Of a DNA stretch of 50,663 bases, positions 8,957 to 18,743 are shown in pieces. This DNA comes from a virus (taxonomy: Duplodnaviria; Caudoviricetes). The stretch's first letter is position 1. Each line of letters begins with the position of its first letter. The notes under the pieces were generated by a model. It worked only from the letters and a program-made list of their open reading frames with translations, made no database searches and was not told the DNA's origin. The translations under genes and the position numbers were made by a program. The stretch is taken from the IMG/VR virus record IMGVR_UViG_3300006169_000031, positions 1 to 50,663 of that record, one strand, 5' to 3'.

Positions 8957-10453
8957 ATGACCGAGAACGCCATCGTCCAGTGGGACCCGAATTCGGGCGC
9001 CGCTCTCCCCGCCCACATCGCCGACGCGCTCGGTGGCATGGGCTCCAACATCCAAGACCGCATGACGGTCCCGTCGCTCTCCTACGAGGGCAAGACGTGG
9101 ACGATCGTCAAGGACGGCAACAAGACCAAGCTGCAGTCGGCCAACGCCGACGGCGACGTGGTGCCGATCCCGGTCATGCGGATGGTCATCCTCAACTACA
9201 ACCCCGACCGCGGCCGGGCCTACTACCCGGGCGTCTACAACCCGAGCCAGACCGCGCAGCCGGACTGCTGGTCGGCGAACGGCAAGGAGCCGGACCCCAG
9301 CTCGAAGAACCGCCAGAGCACCCAGTGCAACGGATGCCCGATGTCGGTGAAGGGCTCCAAGGTGCAGGACGGCAAGGAGATGGTCGCGTGCGGCTCCCAC
9401 CGCATGATCGCCATCGCGCCGGCCTTCGAGATCGCGGGTGATCCGCTGCGCCTGAAGATCGCCGTGACGTCCGACTACGACAAGGAAGTCGTCGAGCACG
9501 GCTGGTTCGCCTTCCGGCAATACACCGACTTCCTGAAGTCGCGCGGCATCAGCCACACCGCGCTCGTGGTGACCAAGGTCAAGTTCGACCCCAACACCGC
9601 GTTCCCGAAGCTGCTGTTCGCGCTCGAGCGGCTGCTCACCCCCGAGGAAGTCGCCCAGGTCAAGGTGGCGCTCGCCAACCCCAAGGTCGAGGAGCTGCTC
9701 GCCGAGAAGTGGTCGGCCGCCGGCACCAGCGGCACCGACACCGCCGACAAGGACATCCGTCCCCACGGTCTCGAGGGTGCCTACGCCGACGGCTGGACTG
9801 CGCACCCGGACGCCGCCGGCTTCTCCTACAAGGGGCAGGAAGTCGTCGCCAACGACGAGCTGGCCGCGCGCTATCCTGCGCCGGCTCCGGCCGCCACGCC
9901 GTCGGCACCTCCGCCGCCCGCCTCCCAGCAGATCGTCGACCAGACCCCGACGAACACCGTCATCGAGGACAAGCCGGTGCTGGGCGGTCTCTCCGCTGCC
10001 GTCGCGGACGGCTGGACGCCGCACCCTGAGGCGCCCGGCTACCACTACAAGGGGCAGGAAGTCGTTGCCGACGCGGACCTCGAGGCGCGCTACCCGTCCG
10101 CGCCTCCGGTCCAGCCGACGCCTCCGACGCCGCCTGCTCCTCCGCCGGTGGCCGCCCACGACCCGATCGCTGCGGCCGAGGCTGACGGCTGGGTCAAGCA
10201 CCCGGACGCCGAGGGCTACCACTACAAGGGGCAGGAGGTCGTGGCGACGGGTGATCTCGCCGCCAAGTACCCTCCTGCGAGCGGGGCCACTGGCGCCGCT
10301 GGGAGTGGCGCAGCAACATCTTCGCCGGGAGCGCCGGCTGGGGATGGGTCTGGCCAGACTGCGACGAGCGGTGCATCCCCTTCTAGCCCGGCCCCGAGCG
10401 GCTCGGCGGAAATCCCGGCCGATGTGCAGGACCTGCTGAACAAGTGGGGCTGA
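8957..10453 (+). CDS. SSB/annealing-like protein with Cys-rich core and three C-terminal 31-aa repeats
   Basis: PDCWS...C..CP...GS...C core; three ADGW..HP.A.G..YKGQEVVA repeats in Pro/Ala linkers; acidic-to-W C-terminus; lies between helicase and primase. Confidence 0.65.
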   Translation: MTENAIVQWDPNSGAALPAHIADALGGMGSNIQDRMTVPSLSYEGKTWTIVKDGNKTKLQSANADGDVVPIPVMRMVILNYNPDRGRAYYPGVYNPSQTAQPDCWSANGKEPDPSSKNRQSTQCNGCPMSVKGSKVQDGKEMVACGSHRMIAIAPAFEIAGDPLRLKIAVTSDYDKEVVEHGWFAFRQYTDFLKSRGISHTALVVTKVKFDPNTAFPKLLFALERLLTPEEVAQVKVALANPKVEELLAEKWSAAGTSGTDTADKDIRPHGLEGAYADGWTAHPDAAGFSYKGQEVVANDELAARYPAPAPAATPSAPPPPASQQIVDQTPTNTVIEDKPVLGGLSAAVADGWTPHPEAPGYHYKGQEVVADADLEARYPSAPPVQPTPPTPPAPPPVAAHDPIAAAEADGWVKHPDAEGYHYKGQEVVATGDLAAKYPPASGATGAAGSGAATSSPGAPAGDGSGQTATSGASPSSPAPSGSAEIPADVQDLLNKWG

Positions 10454-10468
10454 TCTAGCGTCTCGGTC

Positions 10469-10551
10469 CCCGCCCGGCACACCACATCTCGTGGCTTGCC
10501 GGGCGGGTCTGATTTACGCATATTCGTGACCCCTCCCCGCGAGAGGAGGGG
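10469..10551 (+). other. Two intergenic stem-loops upstream of the primase gene
   Basis: CCCGCCCGGCA(10469-10479)/TGCCGGGCGGG(10497-10507) and CCCCTCC(10530-10536)/GGAGGGG(10545-10551). Confidence 0.55.
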
Positions 10552-10598
10552 CAGGCGGGGGTCCCCATGAAACCAGCATTTTCGGCCGAGGCGTCTGC

Positions 10599-13500
10599 AT
10601 GACGCCCGGCAAATTCCTCCGACTTCTGTGGCCCGAGCAGGGACCCTACTGCATCGCGCACCCGTTCAAGCCGGCCGGATCACCCACCACCGTCTACGCG
10701 CACAAGGTCTTCGCGACGATCTCCGAGGCGGTGACCCACGTCCACGAGCAGGCCAACCTGCAGGACGTCTATTTCGCGGTGCTCTCGCTCGAGCAGGACC
10801 GGGTGTGGGACCCGGAGAAGACCGACTACAAGACCGGCCAGAAAGGCGCGTGGGCCGTCCGCCTGCAGTCGAACATGGCCAAGTCCAAGGCGCTGTTCTT
10901 CGACCTCGACGTGGGTAAGGAGCCCACCAAGTTCGACACCCAGCAGGACGCCTTGCGCGCGCTCGCCGACTTCCTCGTGAAGACCAAGCTGCCGGTTCCG
11001 ACCTTGGTCTCGTCCGGCGGCGGCGTCCACGTCTACTGGCACATCTCCGAGGCGATCGAGCGCGAGGAGTGCCGCCAGATGCAGTGGCACATGCGCCAGC
11101 TCGCCGAGGGCCTCGGGCTCAAGGTGGACCCGCAGCGCACGACCGATATGTCCTCGGTGCTGCGCGTGCCCGACACCTTCAACTGGAAGGACCGCAACAA
11201 CCCGCGTCCGGTCACGGTGCTCGGCGGCACCCAGGGTGCGGTCACGCCGCACGCGACGTTGAAGCAGCTCATCTCGGATGCGATGATCGCCCACAGCATC
11301 GTCGCCACCGACGCGCCGATCACCCGCGCCGCGGTGCCGCACGTGCCCAACCCGCTGGGCGAGCAGGCCGCGTTCAATGACTTCGGCCCGCCGCCGACGC
11401 TGGGCGAGCTGGGCGACGCGTGCGCGCAGGTCCGGGAGATCGTCCGCAGCCAGACCGACCGTAACCATCCGCACTACGGGCCGCTCGACAACACCGCGTG
11501 GTATCGCGGCATGCTGGCGACCCTGAAGCACGTCGAGGACGGCGACAACCTGTGCCGGAAGCTGACCGCGATCCACCCGCGCTCGGTCGCCGACATCGAA
11601 GCCAAGCTCCTGCAGCTCGAGCGGTTCGCCCCGGCGAAGTGCGAGACCCTGCAGCAGTTCATGCCGTGGAAGGACAGCCCATGCCAAGGATGCCCGCACC
11701 GGGGCCGGGTGCCCAACCCGTTCGTCGCGGCCCGCAAGACTACGCCGGCACCACCCCCGATGGCTGGCGGACCTGCATCGGAGACGTCATCTGCTCCGCC
11801 ACCGCCGCCTGCGTCTTCTGCGGGCGCGACGCCGATGCAGCTCATGGCGCCGAACGCGATCCTCGCCCAGGCGGCGATCCCTAACCCCCCGAAGCCCTAC
11901 GAGCGGCTGAAGGCGGGCGGGATCAGCGTGACCCGCACCGACAAGGACGGCAACCAGACCGTGACCGTGATCTTCCCCCACGACCTCTATCCGCTCAAGC
12001 GGCTGGTCAACGAGGGTGAGCAGCGCGAACAACAGGTCTGGCGGGTCACCCTGCCGCGCTCGGGCGCTCGGGACTTCACCATCGACGCCGACGTGCTGTA
12101 TGATGGCCGGAAGTTCGCCAGCGCCCTCGCCCACAACGGGGTTTACCCCAACAAAGCCGATCTCCCGGCACTGCAGGACTACATGGTCGCCTACATCTCC
12201 CAGCTTCAGAAGACGCTCGATGCCGACGCCCAGGCGAACCACCTCGGGTGGGCTCGCGAATACCAGCAGTTCGTGCTGCCGGACAAGACGCTCCTCGCCG
12301 ACGGCTCGGTCAAATCCTCGACCCTGTCGATCGCCGCCGAGCGCGCGGCGCAGCACATCAAAAAGACCGGCGACGCCAACATCCAGCGTGGTCTCCTGAG
12401 CTTCTACGACCGGCCGGAATACATCGCCAACCAGTTCGTGATCCTCTCGAGCCTCGCGTCGATCATCTTCGACATGACCGGCCACCACGGCATCGTGGTC
12501 AACTGCTCGGGCGATGCTGGCGCGTCAAAGTCTACGACGCTATACGTTGCCGCCGGGCTCTGGGGCGATCCGGTGCTCTGGCCGATCAACGGCACCAACC
12601 GCGGCGCGACGGCCAACGCGCGCATGCAGCGCATCGTCACCAACGCCAACCTGCCGACCTGCGTCGACGAAATCACGCACATGCCGGCGCGTGAGGCGAT
12701 CGACCTCGTGATGGGCATCACCCAGCCTGGGCACCGCCTGCGGCTCACGACCGAGGGCGTCGAGCGCAAGGTCGAGGACGGCTACAAGTCGGCGATCATG
12801 ATCGCCACCGCGAACAGCTCGCTGCACTCGCTGATCAGCCAGGACAGCGCCGCCGGCACCGCCGGCTCGATGCGCGTGTTCGAGATCAAGTTCCCGATCC
12901 CGCACGTCCACACCAAGGCCGAGGCGGACGACTTCCTGCGCCAGATCAAGGCCCACTACGGGCACATCGGCGAGCTGTTCGCCCACTTCGTGATCCGCAA
13001 CCGCGACGCCGTCGCCAAGCGCGTCCACGCGGTCATGGCGGAGATCGACAACGAGGCCTCGATCCGCAGCTCCGAGCGCTTCTGGTCGGCCGTGATCGCG
13101 GTCGTGGTGGTCACCGCGGAAATCTGCGAGGCGCTGAAGCTGCTGCCCTACTCGGCCGAGGCGATCCGCAAGTGGGCAGTCGAGGAGCAGGTCCCCTACA
13201 TGCGTGGGATCGTGAAGGAGGAATACCGCGATCCGCTGGCGGTCCTGACCGACTACATCGCCGAGAAGCACGGCAACATCGTGGTGATCGACAAGGCCAC
13301 CTCGATCGGCGCCAACACCGCCGGGCAGGCTGTCGCGGGAGAGACCGCCTTCGCGGTCAGGGAGCCGCACGGCGCGTTGCTCGGCCACTACGACCTCAAG
13401 GCCGGCACGCTCCTCCTTATGCACAACGCGTTCAAGGAGCACTGCTCGCGGATCGGCGCCAGCACGTCGAAAATCCTCGAGGAGCTGAGCACCGACAAGG

Positions 13501-13676
13501 ACCCGGTCGTGCTCAAGCGGCAGGTCCGCCGCACGCTGGGCGCCGGCACCAACCTCGCCAAAGGGCAGGTCTGGTGCATCCTCGTCAACATGAACCACCC
13601 CGAGGTCGCTGGCGTGAAGCCGACGCTCGCGGTGTCCAACCCCACCCCGGCCAACGATGTCGCGGTGGCAAGCTAG
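10599..13676 (+). CDS. Primase-helicase fusion (RepB/AEP-type primase, PriCT-like/Zn region, DUF927-like P-loop domain)
   Basis: FFDLDVG, SSGGGVHVYW, VLRVP, C..CP, Walker A-like GDAGASKST, Walker B CVDEIT. Confidence 0.88.
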   Translation: MTPGKFLRLLWPEQGPYCIAHPFKPAGSPTTVYAHKVFATISEAVTHVHEQANLQDVYFAVLSLEQDRVWDPEKTDYKTGQKGAWAVRLQSNMAKSKALFFDLDVGKEPTKFDTQQDALRALADFLVKTKLPVPTLVSSGGGVHVYWHISEAIEREECRQMQWHMRQLAEGLGLKVDPQRTTDMSSVLRVPDTFNWKDRNNPRPVTVLGGTQGAVTPHATLKQLISDAMIAHSIVATDAPITRAAVPHVPNPLGEQAAFNDFGPPPTLGELGDACAQVREIVRSQTDRNHPHYGPLDNTAWYRGMLATLKHVEDGDNLCRKLTAIHPRSVADIEAKLLQLERFAPAKCETLQQFMPWKDSPCQGCPHRGRVPNPFVAARKTTPAPPPMAGGPASETSSAPPPPPASSAGATPMQLMAPNAILAQAAIPNPPKPYERLKAGGISVTRTDKDGNQTVTVIFPHDLYPLKRLVNEGEQREQQVWRVTLPRSGARDFTIDADVLYDGRKFASALAHNGVYPNKADLPALQDYMVAYISQLQKTLDADAQANHLGWAREYQQFVLPDKTLLADGSVKSSTLSIAAERAAQHIKKTGDANIQRGLLSFYDRPEYIANQFVILSSLASIIFDMTGHHGIVVNCSGDAGASKSTTLYVAAGLWGDPVLWPINGTNRGATANARMQRIVTNANLPTCVDEITHMPAREAIDLVMGITQPGHRLRLTTEGVERKVEDGYKSAIMIATANSSLHSLISQDSAAGTAGSMRVFEIKFPIPHVHTKAEADDFLRQIKAHYGHIGELFAHFVIRNRDAVAKRVHAVMAEIDNEASIRSSERFWSAVIAVVVVTAEICEALKLLPYSAEAIRKWAVEEQVPYMRGIVKEEYRDPLAVLTDYIAEKHGNIVVIDKATSIGANTAGQAVAGETAFAVREPHGALLGHYDLKAGTLLLMHNAFKEHCSRIGASTSKILEELSTDKDPVVLKRQVRRTLGAGTNLAKGQVWCILVNMNHPEVAGVKPTLAVSNPTPANDVAVAS

Positions 13677-13685
13677 GAGAAGGCC

Positions 13686-14042
13686 ATGGAGTTCAAGTCG
13701 TTCTCGGACGTCAACCGGGACCGCTGCGTCGCCAAGGACGGCTTCGACCACCCGCTCGAGCTGTGGAGCCTGTCCGACTGGATGGTGGCTGCGACGGGCG
13801 AGCTGGGCGAAGCAGCGAACATCCTGAAGAAAATGAACCGGGTGCGGGACAACATCGACGCGCCCAACGACCCGGAGCTGGTCCTGCTCAAGGAGATGTT
13901 CGCCAAGGAGCTGGCCGACACCTACTGCTACCTCGATCTACTCGCCCAGGCGGCCGGTATCGACCTCGAGCAGGCGGTGATCGCCAAGTTCGACGAGGTC
14001 TCGGAGCGTATCGGCTATCCGCTGCGCCTGCGCGGCCTGTGA
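13686..14042 (+). CDS. MazG-like nucleotide pyrophosphohydrolase
   Basis: GELGEAANILKK...KELADTYCYL...KF; AGGAG RBS. Confidence 0.85.
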   Translation: MEFKSFSDVNRDRCVAKDGFDHPLELWSLSDWMVAATGELGEAANILKKMNRVRDNIDAPNDPELVLLKEMFAKELADTYCYLDLLAQAAGIDLEQAVIAKFDEVSERIGYPLRLRGL

Positions 14043-14323
14043 GCCATCCCTGCGCCATCCCGGGCTGCACGCGCCCGGCGAAGGACCACCAGCTCATGTG
14101 CTGGCCGCACTGGTGCCGGGTGCCCAAGGTCCTCAACCGGGCGATCTTCGCCACCGTCCACGATCGGCCGCGCACCGAGTATCGCAAGCACGTCGCCGAC
14201 GCCATCGCCGCGGTCGTGGCCAAGGAGGAAGCCGGAGGGCCGACACCGACAGCGACCTGCATCATCCCCAACTGCCGGAAGCGCGCGCCCGCTGCCGAGC
14301 CCTTCTGCACGGAGCACCGATAA
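14039..14323 (+). CDS. Hypothetical protein with two C-x4-C-x10-C-x2-H Zn-finger-like motifs
   Basis: GTGA-coupled start; CAIPGC...MCWPH and CIIPNC...FCTEH. Confidence 0.7.
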   Translation: MSHPCAIPGCTRPAKDHQLMCWPHWCRVPKVLNRAIFATVHDRPRTEYRKHVADAIAAVVAKEEAGGPTPTATCIIPNCRKRAPAAEPFCTEHR

Positions 14324-14544
14324 TGACCAACCAGCAACGCGTTGAGGCGTGGCATCAGGAATGGCTCGAGAGCAATGAGCCGCACTGGGGTGATCGGATC
14401 AACTGGACCACGGCCGACGACATCGCCCGGCGTCTGGACGAGGCCGGCGCCACCAAGGCCGAGAGCTGCGACGTCCCGCCGGAGGGTTGGTATTGCACGC
14501 GTCCGAAGGGGCACGACGGCCCCTGCGCGGCGCATCCGGCTTAG
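14323..14544 (+). CDS. Hypothetical protein with C-terminal Cys/His motif
   Basis: TAATG-coupled start; CDVPPEGWYCTRPKGHDGPC. Confidence 0.65.
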   Translation: MTNQQRVEAWHQEWLESNEPHWGDRINWTTADDIARRLDEAGATKAESCDVPPEGWYCTRPKGHDGPCAAHPA

Positions 14545-15053
14545 AAGCCGTTAATCCGATCGAGGTATGCGGCGTAGCTTTCACCGGGCCGCCGCGGCGT
14601 CTCCGCCGGCAGGCGCGTGAAGCTCGAGCTGGACGGGACGATGTCGCCCAGCGTGAACGGCTGGGAAGCCCGCTGCAGCCGCACCGCGTCGCGCACCGGC
14701 GGCGCCAGGGCACTCTCGTCGCCGAGGCCGGTGTAGCGCAGCACCCCGTTCTGGGTCGTGGTGTAGGCCGTCTGGGCGTCCGCCGCGCGGATGCGTGCTT
14801 GGCTCTCCGGGACCACGATCGAGGCCTGCTGGCCGGTGAGGTTCGCCTGGGCGTTGGTCAGCCCGATGTTCGCCGCACTCTCCGCCGGCAGCAGCCGGGT
14901 CCGCACGCGGTCGAGCGCAGCAGCCGCTTCGCCGGTGAGCGCCGCCGTGGCCGCGTTCCGGGTCGTGGCCGCCGCATTGACATCGGCAGTATTGGCCTGC
15001 TGCTGCAGGATGTCATACTTCCGGTTGAGGAAGTAGTTGAAGTCCACCGCCAT
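14541..15053 (-). CDS. Putative virion protein (last gene of the late operon)
   Basis: Ala/Gln/Thr-rich; operon position. Confidence 0.65.
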   Translation of the reverse strand: MAVDFNYFLNRKYDILQQQANTADVNAAATTRNAATAALTGEAAAALDRVRTRLLPAESAANIGLTNAQANLTGQQASIVVPESQARIRAADAQTAYTTTQNGVLRYTGLGDESALAPPVRDAVRLQRASQPFTLGDIVPSSSSFTRLPAETPRRPGESYAAYLDRINGF

Positions 15054-15055
15054 GG

Positions 15056-16951
15056 CTAGACACTCGCGCTGTAGTTGTAGTTCGTGTTGTTGCTCGTCGA
15101 ATTGCTGTCGCTCGTCGCGTTGTTGTCGCTCGAGCTGTTGCTCTCGTTGTAGCTGGTCGAGGCCGCCACGCTGGCCGACAGGTTCATCGTGTTGAGCGCG
15201 GCGGCACCGATCTGCGCCGATACCTGCGCCCCCACCTTGGCCGCGTCAAGGGCCAGCGAGCGCGTGGTCATGAACAGCTCGGCGTTCGCCTTGGCGGTGT
15301 TGATCCCGATCTCGGACACGCGCTGCGCCTGATCGAGACTGACCTGCCACTGCTTGGTGAGCGTCTCGTTGAATGCGCTGATGCCGGTGACCTCCGAACG
15401 GTAGGCGTCGGCGGTGGCGCTGTTGATCTGCGCGTAGGCGCCCACCCGCTTCGCTTCGGCATCGGTCTGGGACTTGTAGGCCTCCCAGCGCGAGTTGCTG
15501 GCGTCGATCCGGCCGCGATACGCGGCGACGCGGGCTTCCACCTGCCGGGCGCTGGCGTTGACGCGCGCGGCGAACGCCTCGACCTGCGACTGGTAGAGCT
15601 GGGCCTTGGTCTTCTCACCCTCGAGCTGGGCGCGGAAGCCCTCCACCTGCGCGGTGTAGGCGTTGACCTGGGCGCTGAAGCCGCGCACCTGCTCGCCGAA
15701 CACCATCACCTTCGTTTTCTCGATGTCGGCCTTGGCCTGGATGCCGGCGATCTCGGCCTCGTAGACGCGGATGCTCGACAGCGCCGCATCGACCTGCGCG
15801 CGATACTGATCGACCAGGGCGCGGTTGACGTTGGCCTTGGCTTCCTCGGCAGCGATCTCCGCGCGGTAGGCATCGACACGGCTTACCTCAGCGCGGACCT
15901 GAGCCTCATACGCCGCGATCTTCGCGCGGTAGATGTCCACCATGGCGGCGTAGGCCTGCACCTTGGCGTTGTAGATCGAGACGCCGGCCTCGGTGGCGTA
16001 ACGAGCCGCCTCGAACACGCGCTGCTCGACAGCGTTGTTGGCGTCGATGAGCTGGCCCTCGAGCTGCGTCGCGGTGGTCAGGGCGTGCTTGACGTTGTCC
16101 AGCTCGAGCCGCGCGCTCTCGATCATCACTTCCCGGCTGTGGCCGCGCTCGGCGTAGTCGGTTTCGGTGATGATCTTGATCCGGGCATCCACGTAGCCGC
16201 CGGGCGGCAGCATGTAGCCGAGGGCCTCCATCTGCTCGAGCTTGTCGATCGCGTCCTGCGACGAACGGGCCTCGCGTTCCTTGCCGCGCTCCCACAGCGC
16301 GGTCTCCGCCTGCTGGCCGAGGCCAGTCCCGCCGCCGGAGATGCGGTCCTCGAGCGACGTCTGCAGCGCCGTCAGCAGCGCCGAGTTATAGGTCGATCCG
16401 GGCACGTATTCGCGGATCGACGGCTCGACGATATTCAGCTCCGGCGCCACCGCGTTGAGCGTGGGCAGGTTAAGGCCGCTGAAGGGAGAGACGTTGATCG
16501 ACAGCAGATCGGGCACCGCCGGCAGGTTGACCACCAGCGTGGGGTCGTCGAAGTTGAGGTTGACCGTTGGCGCGTCGGGCAGATCGCCCTGGAACTGGGC
16601 CGGCGGCGAGAAGTAGGTGATCGTCGGCGGATCGTCGTCGAAGGGCTCCACGTCGAGATCGCCCGTCTCGAGCACCTCGGTGAACTCGGCCGGAAGGCCC
16701 GGAGCAGTCCACACCGGCACCGGCATGTCGGGCATGTCAGGGACCGCGAGCGCGGGCGCAACGCCGCCATCGGGGAACACTGCCGAGATCACCGGCGGCA
16801 CCAGGGACGCGGTCAGAGCGCCGAGGTCCGAGATATACATCTCGGCGGTGGCGACGTAGCCCGGAGCGGTGTTGGCCACCGCGGTGACGGCGCTGATCGT
16901 GCCGCTCGGGTCGACCGCGTTTCCGTCCGTGATGTAGCCGCCCCAACCCAT
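15056..16951 (-). CDS. Putative virion protein with long coiled coil (tail or ejection)
   Basis: Pro-rich N-half, Ala/Tyr heptad-like C-half, Ser/Asn-rich end. Confidence 0.7.
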   Translation of the reverse strand: MGWGGYITDGNAVDPSGTISAVTAVANTAPGYVATAEMYISDLGALTASLVPPVISAVFPDGGVAPALAVPDMPDMPVPVWTAPGLPAEFTEVLETGDLDVEPFDDDPPTITYFSPPAQFQGDLPDAPTVNLNFDDPTLVVNLPAVPDLLSINVSPFSGLNLPTLNAVAPELNIVEPSIREYVPGSTYNSALLTALQTSLEDRISGGGTGLGQQAETALWERGKEREARSSQDAIDKLEQMEALGYMLPPGGYVDARIKIITETDYAERGHSREVMIESARLELDNVKHALTTATQLEGQLIDANNAVEQRVFEAARYATEAGVSIYNAKVQAYAAMVDIYRAKIAAYEAQVRAEVSRVDAYRAEIAAEEAKANVNRALVDQYRAQVDAALSSIRVYEAEIAGIQAKADIEKTKVMVFGEQVRGFSAQVNAYTAQVEGFRAQLEGEKTKAQLYQSQVEAFAARVNASARQVEARVAAYRGRIDASNSRWEAYKSQTDAEAKRVGAYAQINSATADAYRSEVTGISAFNETLTKQWQVSLDQAQRVSEIGINTAKANAELFMTTRSLALDAAKVGAQVSAQIGAAALNTMNLSASVAASTSYNESNSSSDNNATSDSNSTSNNTNYNYSASV

Positions 16952-16991
16952 TCATGCCCTCCGTGCGTGCCCGCGCCCTAGCGGTATCACA

Positions 16992-18743
16992 TCACTCTGC
17001 CGGTTTGAAGGCGAAAGCGCCCTGCTCTTGGAAGAACGTCAGCCGGCCGAGGTATTGCCCGCTGCCCGGATTTTCCGGCACGGTCTCGTTGGTGATCACC
17101 AGCTCGGGGACCGCATCGTTCGGCACCAGCGGCCCGGTCTCGAACCGATCTGGATACTTGTCCTCGATCTCCCACTGAGCATACTGCAGCGCCTGTCCGC
17201 CGAGGCTTTCCCACAGATCGCTGAAGCTGTCGGCTCGATGCTTCGACCACTTCCACACCGCGCCGGTGCCCTCGAAGCCGAAGCCGCGAAACGCCGAGGC
17301 CTTGACCGTCGCCTCGGTCTGGACGAAGTCCGGCGCCGTGGTCGCCGTGAGCCGATAAACGTAGGTGTTGTAGACCTGCCCCCAGCCGAAGATTTCCGCG
17401 TAAACCGATCCGGTGTCGGGCGTTCCGGTGACGTTAGGCGGCGCTCCCGAGCTGAGTTCCCCGGCGCCGCCGTAGTCGGCGAACCAGTCCTCCGCCGGCA
17501 GGTTGTCACCGTCGTAATACCAGAACGGGTCGCCCCGCTGGGTCACAGCGCCGATCCCTGGCACGTTGAACGGCAGCGGCAGGGTCTCGCCGGAAGCCGA
17601 GCCCGAGATGCCGTCGAACGTCGCTTTCCACGCGGGCATGTCGGCGCCGCTGGTCCACGAACCAACAGCCCACGAGTAAGGCGAGCTGAAGCCGACATTC
17701 GACCACTGCCCGGAGTTGGTCGCGCCCCACAGATGCTGGACGAAGATGTCGGCGTTGTTCTTGATCCATTCGGCGCCCGGGGAGTGCAGTGCGGTCGTCG
17801 CGATGGGCGGCGAGAACGCGCTGTTGTCGAGCAGAACCTCCTCCGGCACGTTGGTGCGGTCGTAGGGATAGGGCATCAACGTGTCGAGGTTCGACGGCGG
17901 AGACATCGCTTGGTTCGAGGTAATCTGCGAGCTGAGCGCCGGGTAGTTCGTGGCGATGTAGGTCAGCATGCTGCCGATGTAGAAGCAGCGCGTGTCCCCG
18001 ACCCCGCTGCGCACCGAGCGGACCAGCACCGCAGCCATCTCCTTGCCGATCCCGTAGGGGTCGAGCCGGGCGTAGATGTCCAGCTCGATCACCGGCAGCG
18101 TGTGGTAGGGCCGGATGTCCACCAGCAGCGAGGAGACCTGCTTGTCCTCCTCGTCGGTCGTGGTGCCGATCTGCTCCGCGCGCGAGGCGCCGCCGAACTG
18201 CAACATGGGCTCGTCGCCGGCCGACTGCTGCAGGTCGCTGTCGAATAGCTGCTGGTCGAGTGCCTGAGGGATGTCCTCCGGGTCCGAGGCGCCGGGAGTG
18301 ACCATGCGCGCCGCGGTGAACAGCCTCGAGGCGCGTTCGGTCGGCTTCTCCGCATAGCCGGTCGACCAGACAGGCACCTCGATGTCCACCAGCAGGAAGT
18401 CCCACTCCCAGCCTTTCTTCTCCTCGCCACCCTCCTGCTTGGTCACAGTGTCGGAGACCTCCACGAACACGGCCTCGACGCCCTGGTTGTTGCTGTAGCG
18501 CAGCTTCATGCCGGGGACCTGCATCTGCATCGCCGTCACGTCGACGATCCCCAGCGCGTGCTGCTGGGCGGCCTTCAGGTAGAACTTGTTGATGACGCCC
18601 TGGTTGCGCTCGTAGACGCGCTGAGCCGCAGCCCGATCCGCCGACGGCGGAACGGTCATCACCACCTTGACCGGGACCTTCGTCGTCTCCGGGAAGACCT
18701 CGGTGCCCTTCTGGGTGGGGAGCTGCCAGGGGACCCTAGACAC
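16992..18743 (-). CDS. Putative tail/receptor-binding-associated virion protein
   Basis: Follows the tail fibre gene; Trp/Gly/Ser/Thr-rich central segment. Confidence 0.6.
   Translation of the reverse strand: MSRVPWQLPTQKGTEVFPETTKVPVKVVMTVPPSADRAAAQRVYERNQGVINKFYLKAAQQHALGIVDVTAMQMQVPGMKLRYSNNQGVEAVFVEVSDTVTKQEGGEEKKGWEWDFLLVDIEVPVWSTGYAEKPTERASRLFTAARMVTPGASDPEDIPQALDQQLFDSDLQQSAGDEPMLQFGGASRAEQIGTTTDEEDKQVSSLLVDIRPYHTLPVIELDIYARLDPYGIGKEMAAVLVRSVRSGVGDTRCFYIGSMLTYIATNYPALSSQITSNQAMSPPSNLDTLMPYPYDRTNVPEEVLLDNSAFSPPIATTALHSPGAEWIKNNADIFVQHLWGATNSGQWSNVGFSSPYSWAVGSWTSGADMPAWKATFDGISGSASGETLPLPFNVPGIGAVTQRGDPFWYYDGDNLPAEDWFADYGGAGELSSGAPPNVTGTPDTGSVYAEIFGWGQVYNTYVYRLTATTAPDFVQTEATVKASAFRGFGFEGTGAVWKWSKHRADSFSDLWESLGGQALQYAQWEIEDKYPDRFETGPLVPNDAVPELVITNETVPENPGSGQYLGRLTFFQEQGAFAFKPAE

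Noticed and set aside
13674-13688. Primase-MazG read-through fusion (the two ORFs are in frame)
   Set aside because: The TAG is part of the AGGAG RBS for MazG; ordinary tight packing explains it
48-14042. Z-genome (2-aminoadenine) system suggested by PolA plus MazG-like gene
   Set aside because: No PurZ or DatZ-like HD phosphohydrolase is recognisable in the window; the rest of the genome is unseen
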